This document shows, piece after piece, positions 54,206 through 64,000 of a stretch of DNA of 64,000 nucleotides (the stretch's first letter is position 1; each line of letters opens with the position of its first letter). The stretch spans positions 19,158,001-19,222,000 of the forward strand of contig JBHGNT010000014.1 in the NCBI GenBank assembly GCA_043228905.1. Reading direction: 5' to 3'. This DNA comes from Azolla caroliniana (Eukaryota > Plantae > Polypodiophyta). Made by a program: the position numbers and the translations under genes. Under the pieces are notes generated by a model. It did no database searches, had not been told where the DNA came from, and was given only the letters and a program-made list of their open reading frames with translations.

Positions 54206-55800
54206 ACACCACCCCGTCTTAATATATCATCATAGCTTTCACGAATTGCACTATATGTAGAGCATGTAAAAAGCAATTGATACTCATCCTCTATTAGCCA
54301 TTCCTTACATACCTCACATGCCTTTATATTTAGTTTATTTTTATTCCATAATGCAACTTCAATACCAAGGTTGCGTGATCGAGTGCAAAGGAGTGTTAGG
54401 GCTCTACGAGTGTGAGGTAAGGTTGAATAGAATCAATAAGCCTTCTTCCCTTATATAGAACCCAACATTCAGGACTGATGTTTGTAATGTAATATTCCAA
54501 ATTTGTCATTTTAGCATATTTCCACTTCTTCCTTAGCGGTTCCATTAATCTTTCCTCAATAACTACATATTTCGTAGCATCATTTGAAAGTTATAGAAGA
54601 TCTTCCACATCCCATCTTTTGAACTATTTTTTGATGTCTACTACCCAACCAGATGAATTTTGCTCTTTTACATCCAACATTTAAGTAAGATGTGATAATC
54701 TATGATTTGATATATTCATGCCTTTTGTAATGTATCTATATGCTCTCTGTAGCAGCAATATCACTATAGGTCAAACACTTGTTTCCAAGAACATAACTTG
54801 ATAGGAGGTGGTGGATTTAACTCCCAATTTCCTCCTTAAAAACTTCTTTTGAATCTTCTCAATCTCATTCCATGCATTAAGAGAGATAATGCCTCCCCAC
54901 ACTTCTACTCCATAAAGCAAAACTTGTGTTACCATGACATTAAATAACATTAGTTTCACCTCCCATCCATGAATATCACTTTGGTTGCATTTATTTTCCA
55001 ACATATAATAGGTTTTCTAACCAACTCGAAGTCTAGACTCAAAGTATATGCTCCATTTATTTATAACAAGTACATCGATACCAAGATAGTTAAAGCTTTG
55101 TATAAATTGTACACGTTCGCCCCATTGTCGCGGAAATCTACGAGTATGTATTGGATTTGGGCGGGACCACAGGGGCCTTGCAACCGTTGATTCTAGAAGG
55201 ACAAGCACATGGGCTCGAGAAGAAAATGAACACGAGAAAGGAACAAAAACAGAAATGCCCCGAGCACACACCGAGAGAGATACGATAAATACCAATGTTA
55301 ATAGGAAAACAACAAGAGATTACAACCAAACTCAACCGCTAACGGAGCTTCAAGCTCAACACACGCGAAAAAACGGTGAGCCTCTAGTCGGGAGTGCACG
55401 AGCTTCCTATGTGAATAGAGGCCTCACCTCCCTTCCCCGAATGCACAAAACAAAAACACAGAGCTCCAACCGGCAACACTTTGTCTTGACGGGAACCCAA
55501 CGTTCCTTATGTCCAACACTCGGCCACAACCGAGATTCTTTTCATACACAGAGAAACGGGAAATAAAACACGATACAAAGGAGAGGAAGATACACACGCA
55601 CACTACACAGGAGGTTTACGTGGAAAACCCCAAACTAGGGGAAAAACCACGGCAGCCCACAGGCTGCAAACTGTCACTATGTATGAATGTACAAAACAGT
55701 GAGTTCTCGGAGGCAACGACCTCAGACTCACGCTCTTCGCCACAGGCGACGGTTACAACAGAGGCAACGACCTCTTTCTCTCTCTCTCTCTGTACACTAT

Positions 55801-56063
55801 TGTCGAACACCGCGCTCGGCCACAACCGAGAAATAGGATCAAATCACAGAAAACAGGAAATACGAAATGCTCCAAGACTACAGAGAGAAGAGTGCACAGG
55901 ATATTTTACGTGGAAAACCCTAAATGGAAAAAACCACGGGAGTCCTCAAACTCCAACTCACACTATACACAGAGATGTACAATGGTGAAGCTTCAAGGCA
56001 ACAACCTTGAGCTCACTGTCTTCGCCACAGGCGGCGGCAATACACAGAGGCAACGACCTCTTC

Positions 56064-56110
<47 letters not shown>

Positions 56111-59100
56111 CTGCTCTCTTCGCTCTCTCTGAGTGAAGAACAAAAAAATGAGCAACAAAAAAAAACATGAAACTGTTTGCCCTAAGTCATATTTATACAC
56201 ATATGACTTTCGGGCTATTTATAAATGTAGCCTCAAGGGCCCTTGGCAAACATATTCACAAATATGTCCCCGCATCCGGATCTCTCTCCGGGTACATTCA
56301 TCATCCGGCTCCGTAACCGGGGTCTTCGTCATCCGGCTCCGTAACCGGGTACTCTTCATCCGGCTTCATGCCGGGTACTCTTCATCCTCCGGTTCCGTAA
56401 CCGCAACCGGGCTTGCCGTCATTCATCTCCGGACATCCCATCCGGAGGGACCGTAAATCCCAACAAACTCCCCCTTCACTTCGGCATGGGATGTCTCTCC
56501 AATCCGATCCTCTTCCGGCATGCTTCCAGCTTGTCGGGTGTAAGCACCTTGGTCAGCATATCCGACCCGTTCTCGTCCGTGTGGATCTTCGTCAACACGA
56601 ACTCCTCGTCTTCTATCCTCTCCCGGATCCAGTGGTATCTCCGCTGGATGTGCTTCGTCCGGGAGTGATAGGCCGCGTTCTTCGCAAGGTGGATGGCACT
56701 CTGACTATCGCAGTAGAGTCGGTACTCCTCCTGCCGGATACCGAGCTCTCTAATGAAGTCCTTCATCCATATTATTTCCTTGCCGGCTTCAACAGCCGCC
56801 ATGTACTCCGCCTCCGTGGTTGACAACGCAACCGTCTTCTGCAGCCTCGACTGCCACGAAACAGCTCCCCCTGCATACGTCATCACATACCCTGATGTGG
56901 ACCGGCTGGTATCTGCATCAGCTGACATATCCGAATCGGTGAAGCCGTCGAGTTTGGGTTTACCGGAGCCGAATCGGAGGCACACGTTTGCCGTGCCCTT
57001 CAGGTATCGGAGTATCCACTTGGCCGCGTTCCAATGCTCTTTACCGGGATTGCTCATGTACCGGCTCACCACTCCGACTGCGTATCCAATGTCCGGTCTT
57101 GTACACACCATTGCGTACATCAAGCTTCCGACGGCAGAGGCATATGGTACTTTCATCATATCCTCCTTTTCAGCCTTTGTCTTGGGACTTTGCTTGCTGG
57201 ACAGCTTGCAGTTTGCCGGGAGGGTCGATCCGACCGGTCTTGCTTCCGACATGTTGAACCGTTGAAGCACCTTTGTCACGTACTTCTCCTGTGACAGCCA
57301 CAACTGCTTCTTCTTCCGGTCCCGGATGATGTGCATCCCCAGTATTTGCCTTGCCGGACCCAGGTCCTTCATAGAGAAGGTTCGGTGAAGAGCTTTCTTC
57401 AGCATCCGCATCTTGACCTGGTCCCGTCCGACGATCAACATGTCGTCCACGTACAGGAGGAGTATTAGAAAGTCTCCTCCTTCAAACTTCTTCACAAACA
57501 CGCAGTGATCGGACTGCGTTTTGTGGTACCCTTCGTCTGTCATGAAGGAGTCGAACTTCCGGTACCATTGCCGGGGAGCCTGCTTCAGACCGTAAAAGCT
57601 CTTCTTCAACCGGCATACCAGGTGCTCCTTCCCTTTCTTCTCGAATCCTTCCGGTTGCTGCATGTAGATCTCTTCTTCGAGGTCACCGTGAAGGAATGCC
57701 GTCTTCACATCCATCTGTTCTATCTCGAGGTCCATGCTTGCCGCTATGCTCAGCACCGTCCGGATGGAGGTCATCTTCACTACCGGGGCAAATATCTCGT
57801 CGAAGTCGACGCCCTTCTTCTGCTGGAACCCCTTCACCACGATCCTGGCTTTGTATCTCGGGGGGTTTCCGGCATCTCCCGGTTTCAGCTTGAACACCCA
57901 CTTGTTACGGAGTGCCCGTTTTCCTTTCGGCAACTCCACAAGTTCATATGTGTGGTTCTCATGCAGGGAATCCATCTCCTCCTGCATGGCACTTAACCAC
58001 CTGCGGCTATGGGTGTCATGCTTTGCTTCTTCAAAGCTCTCCGGCTCCCCCTCGTCGGTTAGCAGCACGTGCTCTGGTTCCGGAAATCTCCGGGGGGCCC
58101 TTCTCTCTCTTAGAGGATATCTCCGTTCCGGAGCTTCGGTAACCGGTTCTTCCGATTCTTCTTCATCCGAATCCATTTCGGGATCGGGGCCGGTTCCGGT
58201 ATCATTTTCATCTTCTTCGGCCGGTTCTGTTTCTTCACCGTCTTCGGCCGGATCCTCGAGTGCTAACCGATCTCTTGCCGGTCGGGACTGCTCCTTGTAG
58301 AGTTGATCCTCACCGGTCGACTTGGAGCTCTTCATCTTCTTCTCCGACTCCCAGTCGGCGAGTGTCTTGTCCTCCATGAAGATGATATCTCGACTCCTGA
58401 ATATCTTCTTGTCGACCGGGTCCCATACTCGGTAGCCGAACTCGTCGTTGCCGTAGCCGAGGAATATGCATGGCCGGGTCTTTGGATCTAGCTTTCCTCT
58501 CCGGTCCTTTGCCACATGCACATATGCGAGACACCCGAACACCTTCAGATGCCGGTAGGATACTTCCCTACCGGTCCACACTCTCTGTGGCGTGTCTCCA
58601 TCCAAAGGTACTGAGGGTGATCTGTTTATCACGTATGTCGCCGTCGACATTGCCTCGGCCCAAAACCCCTTGGGTAATTTCGCATGCGCCAGCATACTCC
58701 GGACCCTCTCCATTATGGTCCGGTTCATCCTCTCGGCCAGCCCGTTCAGTTCCGGCGTCTTCGGCACAGTAAACTCGAGCCGGATTCCCTTCGAGCGACA
58801 GTACTCCTCGAACTGCCCCCGGTATTCCCCTCCGTTATCCGCTCGTACCGCTTTCAGCTTCTTGCCGGATTCCCTTTCCACTCTCGCGTGGAGTTCTTTG
58901 AAGACGGACAATACTTGGTCCTTTGTCTTCAACGGTGCCGTCCACAGCTTCCGGCTGTGATCATCTATGAATGTTACGAAGTACTGGGCTCCGCCATGTG
59001 ACTTCGTTTCTACTTGACACACGTCAGTATGCACCAGCTCCAATGGTGCAATACGTCTCGTCGGTGGCCTTGAGTGGAAGGAGGCCCGGTTTTGCTTACC

Positions 59101-60842
59101 AGCCAGGCAGTCGGTGCACTTTTCCAGGTGCACATGCTTCACTGGAATAAGGTTGTCTTCTGCAAGCCTCTTCATCCCCTTCTCACTCATGTGGCACAGC
59201 CTCTTGTGCCACAGCTCACCGGCAGTGTCGGCTGCCACATTCAACTCCTCCGGACATAGCCGGGAATTCATCAGGTACAGTGTGTTGACCTTCCGGGCCC
59301 GAGCCACTATCAAGCTCCCCTTGCTGAACTTCATTACGCCGTTCCGGATGCTACCTGTGTAGCCTTCATCGTCTAGCCTCCCGGCCGAAATCAGGTTCAA
59401 TCGAACCTCCGGAACGTGTCGGACATCCTTCAGCAGCATTTTACATCCGGTTGATGTCATCAGCCACACGTCTCCTATGCCGGCAATCCGGCACGTACCT
59501 TCATTTCCCATCCGGACGCAGCCGTGCTCACCGGCTATGTAGGATGAGAAGTATTTCTTCTCCGGGGTCAGGTGGAACGACGCTCCGGAATCGACCACCC
59601 AGGTCATCTCTTCACCGGCAAGGTTCAGCTCCCTCTCTTCGGTAATGAGCATTATCTCTTCTTCACTTGCCGCGAGTGCCGTCGTTCCTTTCCGGTCCTG
59701 CCCTCGCCGATCCGGACCTCTCCGGTCCGTGGCTCCCCGGTATGCACCGTTTCTCTCCGGTGACTTCTTCGAATCGGTGTCGTCGGCTCCGTTGTCCTTT
59801 CGGTAATGCCGACAATTCTTCCGGAAGTGCCCCGGCTTCCCACAGTGGAAGCATGTGGGTCTTCCTCTTGACTGCGACCGGGTCCCCGACTTCTCCCGTC
59901 TTTGCGGACTCTGGTTCCATTGTCTTCCCCGTTCCGATTCGGTAAGCAGCGCCTTCGGGTCGGAGGCCGGTTCTTTATCTCTCCGACGCGCTTCTTCGTT
60001 CAAAATACTTGTCTTTACCGTTTGTAGAGACAAGTTATCTTCGGTGCAAGAGGTGCTGAGAGTCACCACCAAGTTCTCCCAGCTGTCCGGCAATGTACAC
60101 ATCAGGATGATGGCTTGCATTGCATCCTCCAACGGGAACTTGATCGCCGCAAGCTGGTTCACGAATCCCATGAACGTGCTTACGTGTTCCACCATACTCT
60201 CGCCGTCCCGGTACTTGAGGTTCACTATCTTTCTCATCAGGGAGGTCCGGTTCAACGCATTCTTCCTCTCGTAGAGGCCCGACAGCTTCCTCCACATCTC
60301 ATATGCGTTGGTGTCGTTCGCCACGTGTTGTAGAACGCTTACATCGACGTATTGCCGAATGGTTGCAACGGCTTTCCGGTTCAGAAGCCTCCACTCCGTC
60401 TCAAGTACCCCCTTGGGTATTTCCGACCTGTCGATCGGTTCATACAGGTCCCGAACAATGAGCAGGTCCTCCATCTTTATCTTCCAGTCGGCGTAGTTCT
60501 GCGCATTCAGCACCATCATTCCCGGCTGCCCGCTGCTGCCGCCTTCCATTTTCTGTGTTACCGTGCTCTGATACCACTTTGTCGAACACCGCGCTCGGCC
60601 ACAACCGAGAAATAGGATCAAATCACAGAAAACAGGAAATACGAAATGCTCCAAGACTACAGAGAGAAGAGTGCACAGGATATTTTACGTGGAAAACCCT
60701 AAATGGGAAAAACCACGGGAGTCCTCAAACTCCAACTCACACTATACACAGAGATGTACAATGGTGAAGCTTCAAGGCAACAACCTTGAGCTCACTGTCT
60801 TCGCCACAGGCGACGGCAATACACAGAGGCAACGACCTCTTC

Positions 60843-60881
<39 letters not shown>

Positions 60882-61236
60882 CTGCTCTCTTCGCTCTCTC
60901 TGAGTGAAGAACAAAAAAATGAGCAACAAAAAAAAACATGAAACTGTTTGCCCTAAGTCATATTTATACACATATGACTTTCGGGCTATTTATAAATGTA
61001 GCCTCAAGGGCCCTTGGCAAACATATTCACAAATATGTCCCCGCATCCGGATCTCTCTCCGGGTACATTCATCATCCGGCTCCGTAACCGGGGTCTTCGT
61101 CATCCGGCTCCGTAACCGGGTACTCTTCATCCGGCTTCATGCCGGGTACTCTTCATCCTCCGGTTCCGTAACCGCAACCGGGCTTGCCGTCATTCATCTC
61201 CGGACATCCCATCCGGAGGGACCGTAAATCCCAACA
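55801..61236 (-). mobile_element. Intact, very young Ty1/Copia element (Tnt1/Tork-like)
   Basis: LTRs 55801-56465 and 60580-61236 differ by about 2 substitutions plus CT-repeat length. TSD ACTAT, PBS for tRNA-iMet at 60565-60576, PPT 56466-56476. Confidence 0.98.
56476..60549 (-). CDS. Copia gag-pol polyprotein (about 1357 aa, uninterrupted)
   Basis: CFHCGKPGHFRKNC, WVVDSGASFH, WHKRLCH, DNGGEY, NGLAERMNRT, YVDDML, TEAEY, SDMLTK. The first ATG after the PBS is at 60549. Confidence 0.97.
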   Translation of the reverse strand: MEGGSSGQPGMMVLNAQNYADWKIKMEDLLIVRDLYEPIDRSEIPKGVLETEWRLLNRKAVATIRQYVDVSVLQHVANDTNAYEMWRKLSGLYERKNALNRTSLMRKIVNLKYRDGESMVEHVSTFMGFVNQLAAIKFPLEDAMQAIILMCTLPDSWENLVVTLSTSCTEDNLSLQTVKTSILNEEARRRDKEPASDPKALLTESERGRQWNQSPQRREKSGTRSQSRGRPTCFHCGKPGHFRKNCRHYRKDNGADDTDSKKSPERNGAYRGATDRRGPDRRGQDRKGTTALAASEEEIMLITEERELNLAGEEMTWVVDSGASFHLTPEKKYFSSYIAGEHGCVRMGNEGTCRIAGIGDVWLMTSTGCKMLLKDVRHVPEVRLNLISAGRLDDEGYTGSIRNGVMKFSKGSLIVARARKVNTLYLMNSRLCPEELNVAADTAGELWHKRLCHMSEKGMKRLAEDNLIPVKHVHLEKCTDCLAGKQNRASFHSRPPTRRIAPLELVHTDVCQVETKSHGGAQYFVTFIDDHSRKLWTAPLKTKDQVLSVFKELHARVERESGKKLKAVRADNGGEYRGQFEEYCRSKGIRLEFTVPKTPELNGLAERMNRTIMERVRSMLAHAKLPKGFWAEAMSTATYVINRSPSVPLDGDTPQRVWTGREVSYRHLKVFGCLAYVHVAKDRRGKLDPKTRPCIFLGYGNDEFGYRVWDPVDKKIFRSRDIIFMEDKTLADWESEKKMKSSKSTGEDQLYKEQSRPARDRLALEDPAEDGEETEPAEEDENDTGTGPDPEMDSDEEESEEPVTEAPERRYPLRERRAPRRFPEPEHVLLTDEGEPESFEEAKHDTHSRRWLSAMQEEMDSLHENHTYELVELPKGKRALRNKWVFKLKPGDAGNPPRYKARIVVKGFQQKKGVDFDEIFAPVVKMTSIRTVLSIAASMDLEIEQMDVKTAFLHGDLEEEIYMQQPEGFEKKGKEHLVCRLKKSFYGLKQAPRQWYRKFDSFMTDEGYHKTQSDHCVFVKKFEGGDFLILLLYVDDMLIVGRDQVKMRMLKKALHRTFSMKDLGPARQILGMHIIRDRKKKQLWLSQEKYVTKVLQRFNMSEARPVGSTLPANCKLSSKQSPKTKAEKEDMMKVPYASAVGSLMYAMVCTRPDIGYAVGVVSRYMSNPGKEHWNAAKWILRYLKGTANVCLRFGSGKPKLDGFTDSDMSADADTSRSTSGYVMTYAGGAVSWQSRLQKTVALSTTEAEYMAAVEAGKEIIWMKDFIRELGIRQEEYRLYCDSQSAIHLAKNAAYHSRTKHIQRRYHWIRERIEDEEFVLTKIHTDENGSDMLTKVLTPDKLEACRKRIGLERHPMPK

Positions 61237-61409
61237 ACTATTACGCGCTCTCTCTTCTTCTTGTACCAACAAGAAAAATGACAACCACAACTAAAAGTTT
61301 GCCCTAAATCATATTTATACTAATATGACTTTTCGGCTATTTACAAATATAGCCTCGATGGGCTCTCAAAAACATATTTACGAATATTTCTCTTCCTCCG
61401 GTTCTGCAC

Positions 61410-61660
61410 CATCCGGCTCTCCGTAGCCGGGTACTCCTCATCCGGTTCACACCGGGCCTGTATCATCCGGCTCTCCGTAGCCGGGTACTCCTCATCCGGT
61501 TCACACTGGGCCTGTATCATCCGGCTCTCCGTAGTCGGGTACTACTCATCCGGTTCACACCGGGCCTGTATCATCCGGCTCTCCGTAGCCAGGTACTCCT
61601 CATCCGGTTCACACCGGGCCTGTATCATCCGGCTCTCCGTAGCCGGGTACTCCTCATACC
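61410..61660. repeat. About 54-bp tandem repeat in U3 of the middle solo LTR
   Basis: About 4.5 copies of CATCCGGCTCTCCGTAGCCGGGTACTCCTCATCCGGTTCACACCGGGCCTGTAT. Confidence 0.95.
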
Positions 61661-64000
61661 GTTCTTCTCCCTTCCCATCCGGAGGGACCTGTCTCCCAAC
61701 ACTTTGTTCTCCCCCCAGAACGATCAATCCCTGCCTCTCTCTCCGTCTTTTCCTTTTATAGCTCAAGGAGAGGCCATTACATCAATCATCAAGTCAGTCG
61801 TTTTCGTCAGGGATCTGTCCCCACAATTTTCTCTCTTCCCACATTTTAATCCTCTCTTTCTGTGGGACATTAAAGTACCCATCTAAATCATACAGACTAG
61901 TACTTATTTTACATTTGTCCTTTATATATATATACATAAGCCCCGTTCGTGTGCATCTTTGCACACACCCATTCACACGCATCCGGCTCCCCTTTCCTCC
62001 TATGGCCGGAATCCTTCATGACAACATTGGATGGTTTGCAGTACCATCAATTTTGTTTTATCCACATTTACAATTAGTCCACTACTTTGACAAAATGCTT
62101 CTAATGATCCAGTTAAACCTTGCATATTACCATCAAAATTATATGAAAAGATAACCACATCATCCAATGTTGTGAAACAATTGCTTTATGATATAAAAAT
62201 AAAGCACGAACTTTACGACACCGTATATAAAAGCAATAAGATAACTTGTTGCATAAGTTTTGGGGCATCTAATCTTTGTTCTCTTGCAACTATATTCACC
62301 ACTTCTTTCAATTTATCAACCATAAACCAAAGAATGTAGGCGATAATGAACATTTTTGTTGATCCCCCATGTTACTTAAAAGTATTTTGAGAAACCATTC
62401 TTAGTGTTTTGGTCTAAAACCTGCTTGCCCAAGTGCTCATTTGTTTTGATTTTTAGGTCATGCACTTACCTTTTGCTCCATGATATTGTAGTTATACAAT
62501 TTAGTACTAATTGAGTTCACTATGATTGTATGATATTTTGATACTTGAAATTTGGCTTAATCCAATTCATAAACCAAACATTTGATAAGGCTTGTTTATA
62601 GCTTGATTTATGACGGTCATGATCCAATGACGAGTAATGAGAGATCACTTGTAATGAGACTTACTTTAGTTGTTTTCCCATTAGCCATCTTCTTTGTTCC
62701 CTTATTTACATATATTCAAGATCAATTAATGTATTACAAGGTGTTTCCATGTTCTCAACCATAGGAGCCACTCCCTCATGCATATATAGGCTTTGTATAT
62801 ATTCTAGCATCTCTTCATTTGTAAATTCACCTTTGATATCTTCCCTCTTACCATTGAGTTGTCTCCTTGCTAGGCTCGGTTGGAGCGTAAACAACATTTT
62901 TTTAGTCCTTTCTTACATTTGAGAATATTATCTTTTCTTTCTTCTCACAACCTTTTTATATTGGTGTCATCCCATGACCTATTTACCTTCTCTTTTCGCA
63001 AACTTATATAATTTGAGATATATCTTACATTCCTTATCAAACCAAGAATTACATGGGAAACTAGATCTTTTATCTCCACCAACACACATTTGAAAGTGTT
63101 GATATCCTACCTCAAGGACGATATCTTTCAAATGATAGCAATTTTCTTTAACACCAGTATCATTCTTTGATAATGATATGATATTGGAACTTTTCCATTT
63201 TTAGATGAGCTTTGCATTCTTCATTGAACCAAGCATGACATGGGAAACTAAGTGCTCGATGTCCACCAACATGTCCATTGGAACATTGATATCCCGCTTT
63301 GGGGATGAAATCCTTCAATTGATACCAATTTAATTTCACATCTTCGCTATAGGAGAAGTCATGACCCCTTATTGGTTCCAACAGAAGGAGGAGGCTAGGT
63401 TAGTCGAAAGATGGTTATCGGTTTAAGGGCACAAAGTTAATCCGCCCATTGAGAGGCAATGAAAATGCCACAAGACAATGTTCAAGCATTATGTGCTCCT
63501 GTGTCGTGATGTGTCAAGACCAAAGGTGGAACGTGGAAAAAAGGAGGATCTAGTACAATTACAAAATATATGTATATATGAAAAGATTTATGCAACAACA
63601 ACACTGAAGTAACCCACACCACACTCCCAAGAAATGTTCAAAACGACTTTTGACAAGTAGTTATACAGTCAATAACTCCGACTGTAAAGATTGAAAGAGC
63701 GTTTGTTAGGATAGCTTCTCTCGAGTCTTTGTACCTATCTCACTTCCAAAAGTAATTTAGCTGAGTTAGATTACCCTCGAAATAATCTTGGGTTCCCTTT
63801 AGGTCCATGCAATTAAACACAATCACAAGAAGTCTATGATATTTTGACATAATACAATGTTTCCAAGTCATGAAACACGTTCGCGTTCACAAGTGGAAGG
63901 ATCGCGCATAAATGGAAGGATAAGGGAAATTTTAGGGGTTTTTCAATGATTTTACAAAACACATTGATACCAGTATCATACAAGTTCAAACATACTATGA

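Larger units (their letters stand above)
53240..54305. repeat. Tandem duplication of about 230 bp whose second copy is split by a solo LTR
   Basis: 53265-53480 is repeated as 53490-53599 plus 54206-54305. Confidence 0.8.
55510..61701 (-). mobile_element. Middle solo LTR, related to the young Copia LTR
   Basis: TGTCCAACACTCGGCCACAACCGAG...CCCATCCGGAGGGACC..CCCAACA. Flanks CCTTA/CTTTG match at 3 of 5 positions, and both differences are transitions. Confidence 0.8.
55156..62026 (-). mobile_element. Outer solo-LTR-like insertion (about 675 bp of its own sequence)
   Basis: TSD TTGGA (55151-55155; 62027-62031). The right end is ...CAACA, the left end reads TT rather than TG. Removing it rejoins the LINE RT. 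Confidence 0.65.
54400..63400 (-). mobile_element. Decayed non-L1 LINE (RTE/L2-like RT), host of nest 2
   Basis: WFNEECK (about 63230), GQAGFRPKH (about 62420), LDDVVIFS (about 62160) and LIVNVDKTKLM (about 62060) continue across the insertion into FNYLGI (about 55080) and LLYGVEVWG. The outer limits are approximate. Confidence 0.8.

Noticed and set aside
60550-60654. N-terminal 35 aa of the 1392-aa ORF call
   Set aside because: It lies in the LTR and PBS and starts at a non-ATG codon. The likely start is the ATG at 60549.

Overview
Repeat-rich nuclear DNA of a land plant. A non-seed plant such as a fern is likely, inferred from the TE lineages and the long TE-filled introns. Three host genes are present: a mitochondrial-type HSP60 (+, 26525-32966, 17 exons including a predicted 13-nt microexon), a plastid-type branched-chain aminotransferase (-, 34714-44130, 10 exons, 6.3-kb intron 2) and a secreted protein with two 6-Cys prolamin/ECA1-like domains (-, 50029-50664). 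Most of the rest is transposons, arranged in two four-tier nests bounded by target-site duplications (TSDs): LINE > non-autonomous chromovirus > Copia > Gypsy (3613-20459), and LINE > solo LTR > solo LTR > intact young Copia (about 54400-63400). There is also an internally deleted L1 directly upstream of HSP60, plus two further solo LTRs. The innermost Gypsy element is the most unusual. (i) Its LTRs carry an antisense tRNA-derived A-box/B-box (Pol III) module, which recurs in a diverged sister solo LTR about 40 kb away. (ii) Gag-protease is joined to RT-RH-INT by an apparent programmed -1 frameshift (GGAUUUU-UAG, 9-bp stem, candidate pseudoknot) located after the protease. (iii) It has a 4-bp TSD and a tRNA-Trp primer-binding site. 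All coordinates and divergence figures were read by eye, and no database searches were run.
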